This document shows positions 1 through 6,595 of a DNA stretch of 32,810 bases, piece by piece. This stretch comes from a virus. Its lineage: Duplodnaviria; Caudoviricetes. Position 1 is the first letter of the stretch. Every line of letters starts with the position of its first letter. The notes beneath the pieces are model-generated. The model worked only from the letters and a program-made list of their open reading frames with translations. It was not told the DNA's origin and searched no databases. A program made the position numbers and the translations under genes. The stretch is taken from the IMG/VR virus record IMGVR_UViG_3300014169_000016, positions 1 through 32,810 of that record. One strand, given 5' to 3'.

Positions 1-11
1 AGGAAGATGTA

Positions 12-275
12 ATGATTACATATGAGGATGGCTGGCAACCTGTCAGAGTACGTAGGACTCATGGCCCTACCTTTAGAAGCAATGAGGAAGTAGATAAGAT
101 ACTTAGCTCTATCCTTCCTGGCAAGCCTTATCAACATGACTATGTAGATATTATAGGGGCTAGGAGAAGAGGTTGTAATTCATCCGTTTTCTATGTAGTG
201 GATGTCCGCAGCTTACACCTAGAATCAGGCGACGATTACATCACAGTCTGCGAACATGATATATTGGCAGACTGA
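12..275 (+). CDS. hypothetical protein
   Basis: 87-aa ORF with AGGAAG upstream; no motif recognised; region is more AT-rich than the rest of the window. Confidence 0.55.
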   Translation: MITYEDGWQPVRVRRTHGPTFRSNEEVDKILSSILPGKPYQHDYVDIIGARRRGCNSSVFYVVDVRSLHLESGDDYITVCEHDILAD

Positions 276-287
276 AAAACATAGTGG

Positions 288-641
288 ATGTCCCGAAGAG
301 CTCTTGCAAAAGCAAGTAACGATGGCCGCGAGTATTCTAGGGGAAAGCGATTGAGCGAAAATCTTCCGCAATTAACCAGCAAGCAGTGGAAAATCGTGAA
401 GCTAATTAGCCAGGGATATGACATCCACCAAATCGCTCGGAAATTGAAGCTTTCCACTAACACCATAAGTCGGCATAAAGACCGAATTTATAAGAGGTTA
501 CGGGTCAATAATGCCCTTGAATTGATGCTCAAAATATTCTACATTAAGGAGAGGGAACGTAATGAAAGTAGCTCTAACCACGGCCGAGCGAAGAGTCCTA
601 GACCAAGTATCGAAGGGAAAAGCCTCAAAGGCGATTGCTGA
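288..641 (+). CDS. LuxR/GerE-family helix-turn-helix protein
   Basis: LTSKQWKIVKLISQGYDIHQIARKLKLSTNTISRHKDRIYKRL matches the LuxR HTH pattern. Confidence 0.85.
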   Translation: MSRRALAKASNDGREYSRGKRLSENLPQLTSKQWKIVKLISQGYDIHQIARKLKLSTNTISRHKDRIYKRLRVNNALELMLKIFYIKERERNESSSNHGRAKSPRPSIEGKSLKGDC

Positions 642-852
642 CGAGTTAGGAATCTCTCCTGCAACTGTTCACCGCCATAAAGCGAGCATGTTTCAGAAGA
701 CCGGAGCATGGAATATTATCTCTCTTGTTCGCATGTTCTACGTTTTGCGGGATAAGGTCACTGGAGAAATTTACCCAACAATCGAGATTCGATGGAATGA
801 GAATTTTCGAACGCTGACGCCGAATTGTGAGAGGAATCAAAAAGCGCGGTAG
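562..852 (+). CDS. LuxR/GerE-family helix-turn-helix protein (N-terminal part of a probable LuxR-HNH fusion)
   Basis: LTTAERRVLDQVSKGKASKAIADELGISPATVHRHKASMFQKTG; RBS AAGGAG upstream. Confidence 0.85.
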   Translation: MKVALTTAERRVLDQVSKGKASKAIADELGISPATVHRHKASMFQKTGAWNIISLVRMFYVLRDKVTGEIYPTIEIRWNENFRTLTPNCERNQKAR

Positions 853-1026
853 AAGTTAAATCGTGCCGTCGATAGCGGAAGGGGCGTGCGCCCTGAAGTT
901 TGTTCGAAATGCGGGGAAGTCTGCATTCCTGAAGGCCATCATCCGGATTATGAAAAGCCCCTCGAAGTCATCTGGCTGTGCATGGAGTGTCACATCGAGC
1001 ATCACAGGATTCACGGCTTCAACTGA
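853..1026 (+). pseudogene. HNH-like Cys/His domain in frame behind a TAG stop
   Basis: Same frame as 562..852: KLNRAVDSGRGVRPEVCSKCGEVCIPEGHHPDYEKPLEVIWLCMECHIEHH, with the phage CxxC...HHxDYxKPLxVxWLCxxCH motif; ends TGA 1024-1026. Confidence 0.7.
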
Positions 1027-1027
1027 C

Positions 1028-2358
1028 CCGTGGTGAGCGCAAGCCCCGCACTTCAGGGCGGGGTAAGCGAACCGTAGAACGTTAGGAAAGGAGAGCAGAG
1101 CAGATGGAGCGCAGGCAAGCATTCAAATTTGAATTGATGCCAAATGGCGAACAACAGCGCATGATGCGTCGCTTCGCTGGCAGTGTGCGCTATATCTACA
1201 ACCACGCTCTCGCTCTGCAAAAGGAAATGTACGAAACCACGGCACGCTCCCACACTCGCTATCAACTGGACAAGCTGCTCACCCTGTGGAAGCAAGAGAC
1301 ACCGTGGCTCTCGGAGACACCAGCGCACTCCTTGCAGCAAGCATTGGTGGACTTGGACAAAGCGTATCAGAACTTCTTCAAGAAGCGTGCTCAGTTCCCT
1401 AAGTTCAAGAAGAAGGGGCAGCGCACTTCATATCGTGAGTCAGACCCGAAGACCATCACCCTAGACCAAGCGAACAGTCACATCCGTTTGCCAAAGATTG
1501 GCTGGGTACGCTATCGCAACAGCCGTGAAGTTCTCGGAGCAATCAAGAACGTCACTGTGAGCGAGTCGGCTGGCAAGTGGTACGTCAGCATCAGCACGCT
1601 GCGAGTTGTAGAGCAGCCCGTTCATCCTTCTTCATCAATCGTAGGCATCGACATGGGCGTCAAGCAGTTCGCCACGCTATCGGATGGCGAAGTCATCGAC
1701 CCAGCAAACGTTGGGAAGAAGTACCAGAAGCGTATGCGCTTGTTGCAGCGTCGTTTGAGTAGGAAGCAAAAATTTAGTCAGAACTGGAAGAAGGCGAAAG
1801 CGGCAGTAGCCAAGTTGCATCGCAAGATTGCGGCTACTCGCTCGGACTTCATCCACAAAGTAACAAGCACGATTAGCAAAAACCACGCCGTCGTGTGCAT
1901 CGAAGATTTACAAGTGAAGAATATGTCTGCATCAGCAGCGGGAACCATCGAGAAGAAGGGGAAGAATGTTGCGGCGAAGTCTGGTCTCAACAAGTCTATC
2001 CTCGACCAATCGTGGTTCGAGACACGTAGGCAGTTGGAATACAAGCAGCACTGGCTGGGCGGGGAAGTAATCGCAGTACCGCCGCAGCATACAAGCCAGC
2101 GTTGCCCCGAGTGTCAGCATGTGTCGCCAGACAACCGCAAGACGCAATCGAAGTTTGTTTGCATGTCGTGCGGGTTCGCAGCGAACGCAGACTTTGTTGG
2201 AGCAGTAAACATTTTAGCGGCAGGACATGCCGTCTTAGCCTGTAGAGATACTTCGCTTGCTATTGGGGCGTTGGCTCAGGAACCCACCGAGGGCATCGTA
2301 TGCGAAAGCGTATAGAGCCTGTAGGAATCCCCCGCATTTATGCGGGGGAGGATGTCAA
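1028..2358 (+). mobile_element. non-autonomous IS200/IS605-family element (tnpB only, IS1341-like)
   Basis: Left-end hairpin CCCCGC-acttcagg-GCGGGG preceded by CAAG (1040-1043); right-end hairpin GAAT-CCCCCGC-atttat-GCGGGGG ending GATGTCAA at 2358; TGAC at 1024-1027 fits IS608-type guide/cleavage-site pairing; no tnpA. Confidence 0.9.
1104..2315 (+). CDS. tnpB: RNA-guided endonuclease TnpB
   Basis: N-terminal OrfB HTH; RuvC motifs GIDMG, CIEDL and NADFVGAVNI all intact; Zn finger CPEC...CMSC. Confidence 0.97.
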   Translation: MERRQAFKFELMPNGEQQRMMRRFAGSVRYIYNHALALQKEMYETTARSHTRYQLDKLLTLWKQETPWLSETPAHSLQQALVDLDKAYQNFFKKRAQFPKFKKKGQRTSYRESDPKTITLDQANSHIRLPKIGWVRYRNSREVLGAIKNVTVSESAGKWYVSISTLRVVEQPVHPSSSIVGIDMGVKQFATLSDGEVIDPANVGKKYQKRMRLLQRRLSRKQKFSQNWKKAKAAVAKLHRKIAATRSDFIHKVTSTISKNHAVVCIEDLQVKNMSASAAGTIEKKGKNVAAKSGLNKSILDQSWFETRRQLEYKQHWLGGEVIAVPPQHTSQRCPECQHVSPDNRKTQSKFVCMSCGFAANADFVGAVNILAAGHAVLACRDTSLAIGALAQEPTEGIVCESV

Positions 2359-2374
2359 CTACATAGTTTACGTG
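2217..2374 (+). ncRNA. TnpB omega-RNA (reRNA): scaffold 2217-2358 plus guide from flanking DNA
   Basis: Overlaps the tnpB 3' end and runs to the right end; 5' boundary inferred from alignment to the second copy; guide length approximate. Confidence 0.8.
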
Positions 2375-2376
2375 AA

Positions 2377-2405
2377 TTGCGATATCCCTTTTTGCACACT
2401 ATAAA
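2377..2405 (+). promoter_or_regulatory. sigma70-like promoter
   Basis: TTGCGA-17 bp-TATAAA. Confidence 0.5.
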
Positions 2406-2524
2406 CAGAATCATGTTCCAACTCCTTGAAACACCCTGAAGGCCCTGGGGCGACTGACTCGCACTCGGCCGCCCCACTTCAAAGGAGGAGGCAGCACAAA
2501 TCCAAGCGAAAGGCTTGGTCCCCA

Positions 2525-2968
2525 ATGCCCTCAACGTTCGTGTCCGTAAATTCAGTAGTCGAACCACAGGAAATAGGCCCAGAAGGATTACTGCTTTACG
2601 GATTCCGAGGAGAAGCATTCCACCAGTTGACAGGGCCGGGAGTCTACATCGCGCAATGCGGAACAGGCGATGACATTGAATTTCTGTATATCGGATCGGC
2701 CAAAAACCTACATCAAAGAGGCGGGACTCGCCTCGTTAGCCTGTTCGCAACCTTCGGGTGAGGTAAGCCCGTCGTGTCAGGAACCCACCGAAGGTATCCC
2801 TGCTTAGCAGGTGCGCCAGTAGGAATCCCCTCCCTTCAGGGAGGGGAGGATGTCAAGATCGCACTATGCAAGAGCGAAAAGCACGCCAGGGATGTGGAAT
2901 CGGCCCTGATTCGTGAATTTCAGCCCATTTTGAATGTAACTGGTACCCGAAGAGTGAATGGCGAATAG
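2525..2968 (+). pseudogene. GIY-YIG endonuclease disrupted by an omega-RNA insert
   Basis: N-half GVYIAQ...FLYIGSAKNLHQR; C-half IALCKSEKHARDVESALIREFQPILN in the same frame; insert 2718-2856 brings a TGA at 2759-2761. Confidence 0.8.
2718..2872 (+). ncRNA. orphan TnpB omega-RNA / IS right-end remnant: scaffold 2718-2856 plus guide
   Basis: Shares TTAGCCTGT, CAGGAACCCACCGA and GTAGGAATCCCC...GGGGAGGATGTCAA with 2217-2358, with compensatory changes in the stems. Confidence 0.85.
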
Positions 2969-3212
2969 CGTCTGCGTATTACATCCGTGGGAAGCAGTAG
3001 ACCTCGAAAAGAATGGGCTTCCCCCCTCCTGTCGTAATCACAAGCATGTTAAGAAAATCGAAGCTATGGAGATGACAGCACGAGGCGACAACCAGCCGCA
3101 ATCGAAGTCTGCCCGTTGGATTGGTCCCGGGATGATCTGCTTGGTCGCTCAGGCAACATGGAGTCCTCGGCAGAGCGGTTGCGCAGGCCCGCTTGTCCTG
3201 CAAATGTCATGA
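2958..3212 (+). CDS. hypothetical protein (Cys/His-containing)
   Basis: 84-aa ORF overlapping the GIY-YIG 3' end. Confidence 0.6.
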   Translation: MANSVCVLHPWEAVDLEKNGLPPSCRNHKHVKKIEAMEMTARGDNQPQSKSARWIGPGMICLVAQATWSPRQSGCAGPLVLQMS

Positions 3213-3282
3213 CTGGTGAAAAGAGACGAAGAGAGCTTCCGGCGTCTCCGAAGGCTCCCGCTGTGCGTTTGGAGTTGGCCTG

Positions 3283-3408
3283 ATGTTTGACCCTGAAGCA
3301 AGCCCCCCTCCTTTCTGGCACAAGTCGTTTGCTGTAATTCTTGCAGCAGGAGTACTGGGAGCCATTGGCTACGTTTTGCATGGAATGTGGAAGGCATTGG
3401 GGCTGTAA
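3283..3408 (+). CDS. small single-pass membrane protein (41 aa)
   Basis: MFDPEASPPPFWHKSFAVILAAGVLGAIGYVLHGMWKALGL; GGAG at 3271; stop abuts the terS ATG. Confidence 0.6.
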   Translation: MFDPEASPPPFWHKSFAVILAAGVLGAIGYVLHGMWKALGL

Positions 3409-3762
3409 ATGGACGCTGTTTCTAAGGCACAGGCTGGTAACAAGCAAGAATCTAGCCGAATTGACCGCGTAAAGGGTCACAGATGGCAAAAAGGCCAATC
3501 TGGCAATCCTTCTGGCCGTCCGAAGAAGCTCCAGATCACCAAGATTTACGAGAAGATTCTACGTAGTGGCGTGAATCGCAAGGAGATAGAGGCGTCCATC
3601 AAGAAGATCGTTACGGATGGACGTATGGCTTCCGTGCTGATGATCCGGGAAATGGCGGAGCGCACGGAAGGCAAGGTCGCGGACATCGTAGATTTGAACG
3701 TTTCGGGCAAAATTACACTAGAACAGGCTCTGGAAGCTCGCAAAAAGGCCGCTAAGGAATGA
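3409..3762 (+). CDS. terS: probable terminase small subunit (DUF5681-like)
   Basis: WQKGQSGNPSGRPKK motif; ATGA overlap with terL. Confidence 0.8.
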   Translation: MDAVSKAQAGNKQESSRIDRVKGHRWQKGQSGNPSGRPKKLQITKIYEKILRSGVNRKEIEASIKKIVTDGRMASVLMIREMAERTEGKVADIVDLNVSGKITLEQALEARKKAAKE

Positions 3763-5207
3763 GCGCGACTGCGGTAAGCCCGGAAGTCATGCTCATGGAG
3801 CTGGCCGCTGATTGCAGCAAAGACCCGCTAGGATTTGCGCGCGGTTTTTGGCTCAATTCTGAGCCGCGCAAGTGGCAAACGGAGATTCTGGAGTATGTAG
3901 GGCAGTGGCTGTCGAATCCTGAGACGCGCTATCAACCCTGCAAAGTGGCCGTGAGCTCCGGTCATGGTATCGGCAAGTCGGCATTCATGGGGATGTTCCT
4001 CCATTGGGCGATGAGCACGACGGCGGGATGTAAGGCGGTAGTTACGGCGGGCACGGGGACGCAGCTTGCGACGAAAACGGTCCCCGAGGTATCCAAGTGG
4101 TTCCGGTCCAGCCTGGGAGCTTCCTGGTTTGATGTGCGGGCCACAAGCATTCGAGCATTGGATTCAAGTATGCCCGAATCGTGGCGCACAGACTTCGTAA
4201 CGTGGAGCGATCACAACACAGAAGCATTCGCCGGTCTGCATAATGAGGGCCGGCGCATTGTCCTGATTTTCGATGAAGCCTCAGCGATCGCAGACAAGGT
4301 TTGGGAAGTGGCGGAAGGCGCACTGACCGACGAGGGTACGGAGATTATTTGGCTGGCGTTCGGCAACCCAACACAGAATACGGGCCGGTTTCGTGAGTGT
4401 TTCGGTCGTTTTAAGCATCGTTGGAAGACGTTCCAGATCGACTCCCGCACCGTCGAAGGCACCAACAAAGAACAAATCGACAAATGGATAGTAGACTACG
4501 GTGAGGATTCAGACTTCGTACGTGTACGCGTCCGTGGCGAGTTCCCGAGGGCTGGATCAGCCCAGTTCATTCCCTCTGACGTGGTTGCCGCCTGTCGCAA
4601 GCATCGCGCTGAGGGTTACGAGGCTTTGCCCAAGGTCTTGTCGGTCGATGTCGCACGTTTCGGAGATGATCAGACTGTCTTTCAGCTCCGGCAAGGGCGC
4701 TATTCCGCGATTCTAGGGAAATACCGTGGCAAAGATACTCAATGGACAGCCGCGCAAACCATCAAGTTCAAGGAAGAGTGCCAGCCAGATGCGGTGGTGA
4801 TTGACGCCGATGGGATCGGCGCCGGCGTAGTCGATACGCTCAAGAATCTGCGACATAAAGACATCTACGAGTTTCACGGCGGGCAGTCGCCAGATGACCC
4901 GAACGCGTATTACAATAAGCGAGCGGAAGTTTGGGGACTAATGCGAGCCTGGCTGGTTGCTGGCGCTGAGATTTCAGATGATCCCGAGCTAGAAACTGAC
5001 TTAACTGCGCCAGAATACGGCTTCTCCAGTAAGCAGCAAATCCAGCTTGAGCGCAAAGAAGATATGAAGAAGCGGGGGCTATCTTCGCCGGATTGCGGCG
5101 ATGCATTGGCAATGACCTTCGCGGTGAAGATTGCGCCAAAGGCGCGAGTGCCACAGGTGAATCGACCGACGTATCCAGGGCAGGGAGGCGATTCATGGAT
5201 GGCGTAA
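3759..5207 (+). CDS. terL: terminase large subunit
   Basis: Walker A SGHGIGKS, Walker B LIFDEAS, coupling motif FGNPT, nuclease motif SVDVARFGDD, C-terminal SPDCGDAL. Confidence 0.95.
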   Translation: MSATAVSPEVMLMELAADCSKDPLGFARGFWLNSEPRKWQTEILEYVGQWLSNPETRYQPCKVAVSSGHGIGKSAFMGMFLHWAMSTTAGCKAVVTAGTGTQLATKTVPEVSKWFRSSLGASWFDVRATSIRALDSSMPESWRTDFVTWSDHNTEAFAGLHNEGRRIVLIFDEASAIADKVWEVAEGALTDEGTEIIWLAFGNPTQNTGRFRECFGRFKHRWKTFQIDSRTVEGTNKEQIDKWIVDYGEDSDFVRVRVRGEFPRAGSAQFIPSDVVAACRKHRAEGYEALPKVLSVDVARFGDDQTVFQLRQGRYSAILGKYRGKDTQWTAAQTIKFKEECQPDAVVIDADGIGAGVVDTLKNLRHKDIYEFHGGQSPDDPNAYYNKRAEVWGLMRAWLVAGAEISDDPELETDLTAPEYGFSSKQQIQLERKEDMKKRGLSSPDCGDALAMTFAVKIAPKARVPQVNRPTYPGQGGDSWMA

Positions 5208-5216
5208 GGAGAATTA

Positions 5217-5465
5217 ATGAATAACGAACCAGCGGTAATGAGATCAGCGAAAGCAGCTCCGAAGGCGCCGAAAGTTCTGGAGGAAATTCGCCTGAAGCGC
5301 GGGATGGACGGAGGAGTGATTGCAACCCATCACTACGAAGGCTATGAGCATGCGCCCCAGCCGCACAACGTGGAAGCGAGCTTGCCGGCAGTCGCCGCCC
5401 ATCTTGGTGAGCACATGGGACTCGAAGGCGGCGAGAAGATAGAAAGCCCGAAGGATCAGGATTAG
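5217..5465 (+). CDS. hypothetical protein
   Basis: RBS AAGGAG; 82 aa; sits in the operon. Confidence 0.75.
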   Translation: MNNEPAVMRSAKAAPKAPKVLEEIRLKRGMDGGVIATHHYEGYEHAPQPHNVEASLPAVAAHLGEHMGLEGGEKIESPKDQD

Positions 5466-5468
5466 GCC

Positions 5469-5684
5469 GTGCCAGTCGAGCATTTCAAATCTGCAGAAGG
5501 CTATCGCAAGAACATGGCATATCGGCATATTCACGGCATCCCATTCACGGCCTCAAAAGTCGTGGTTGCTGGCAAATCCCATGAAGTGAAGCATTCGAAT
5601 AGCCCTGCCCGCAAAAAGATTGACACGAAGCAGCGCAAGAAAGTCGGCATGAAGCTATCGGACGTGATGCATGGAGCGCGATGA
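5469..5684 (+). CDS. small basic hypothetical protein
   Basis: 71 aa; GTG start; tightly packed with neighbours. Confidence 0.7.
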   Translation: MPVEHFKSAEGYRKNMAYRHIHGIPFTASKVVVAGKSHEVKHSNSPARKKIDTKQRKKVGMKLSDVMHGAR

Positions 5685-5883
5685 GGAAGACAAACTCAAT
5701 CACAAAGCAGTCGGATACGAGCACCCCTCTGACCATAGCGATGATCGATGCGGTCGCTGTGCCCATTTTGTTGGAAGCATTCCGCCGCGATGCGAAGCGG
5801 TTAAGTCACCCATTCTGGCGGAAGATTGGTGTAAGCGGTTCTCGCCAAAGAAAAGCATGAGTCTCGTGGAGGTTATGAAGTGA
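5671..5883 (+). CDS. HiPIP-like (high-potential iron-sulfur) protein
   Basis: VGY...CGRCAHF...CEAV...I...WCKRF four-Cys pattern. Confidence 0.7.
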   Translation: MERDEEDKLNHKAVGYEHPSDHSDDRCGRCAHFVGSIPPRCEAVKSPILAEDWCKRFSPKKSMSLVEVMK

Positions 5884-6101
5884 ATTACGAGCTGCGTTCC
5901 CTGAAAGAATTTCAGCAAGCCGTTCAGCAAGCCCCGATGCAAGAGCGCGTGGCCGCAATGGCTCCGTTCATCCGAAGCAATGCCCACTTGCGCAGGATCA
6001 TCAAGAAAATCCCGATCAAACAGCGCGAAGCGGTCTACAACGCGCTGAAGGCGTACTTGAGGTTTACCCCGCAATCGTTTGCGATGCTCAAACCCCGATG
6101 A
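5880..6101 (+). CDS. hypothetical protein
   Basis: GGAGG RBS; 4-nt overlaps with genes on both sides. Confidence 0.7.
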   Translation: MNYELRSLKEFQQAVQQAPMQERVAAMAPFIRSNAHLRRIIKKIPIKQREAVYNALKAYLRFTPQSFAMLKPR

Positions 6102-6595
6102 ATCTACAAGGCTGGCAACCCAGAAACGACAGAGTAATCATCGAACGGCTGGACATGCAGCCTTCGAGGATCATCACGCTGACGGATGTTCCGAAGGGAT
6201 TGAAGGGCCGTGTTATTGCCGCAGGCCCCGGCAAGTGGATACCGGGGACATGGTGGAAGATCGGCCCGAACGATTTCTGCCCCGACCACGGCGATCCCAC
6301 TGATTGCGGTTGCGAGTATATGTGGATACCCGGCCATCGCGAAGAACATCCCTACAAACCAGGAATGCTCGTATTGTTCAATTCCAAATGGGATGACTTC
6401 AGAAACGCGGACTTCGAACGCGAGAAGCCCGTTGGCATTGTGGAGAATCTGCACCTCGTCCAAGTAGCCGACATTTTCTGCATCCTTGGGCGTGACGTGA
6501 AAGCGGCTTATTCGCTCGAAAAGAAAGCTAAAGACATTGTACCGACGCCCGAACAGATCGTCGCCCATTCTCAGCCCGCAATAAATGCCCGTTAA
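6098..6595 (+). CDS. GroES-like co-chaperonin
   Basis: QPRNDRVIIER...GRVIAAGPG...KPGMLVLF...VADIFCIL. Confidence 0.8.
   Translation: MNLQGWQPRNDRVIIERLDMQPSRIITLTDVPKGLKGRVIAAGPGKWIPGTWWKIGPNDFCPDHGDPTDCGCEYMWIPGHREEHPYKPGMLVLFNSKWDDFRNADFEREKPVGIVENLHLVQVADIFCILGRDVKAAYSLEKKAKDIVPTPEQIVAHSQPAINAR

Noticed and set aside
850-852. Genome-wide TAG reassignment
   Set aside because: TAG terminates apparently complete genes (5463-5465, 27305-27307) and long genes are not fragmented
1104-2315. Nuclease-dead TnpB (TldR-like repressor) or Cas12f with a CRISPR array
   Set aside because: All three RuvC acidic residues are present, IS ends are intact, and no repeat-spacer array was seen
2490-2535. c-di-GMP-I riboswitch resemblance (CAAA..GAAA stem)
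   Set aside because: Lacks the GGCAAA and GACGCAAAG consensus and a second stem
2718-2856. Group I intron / IStron in the GIY-YIG gene
   Set aside because: Too short, no recognisable group I core, and fully explained as an omega-RNA scaffold
2359-2872. Self-targeting by either guide elsewhere in the window
   Set aside because: By eye only short partial matches (e.g. near 10590 and 29485), none combining TGAC with an extended seed; not an exhaustive search
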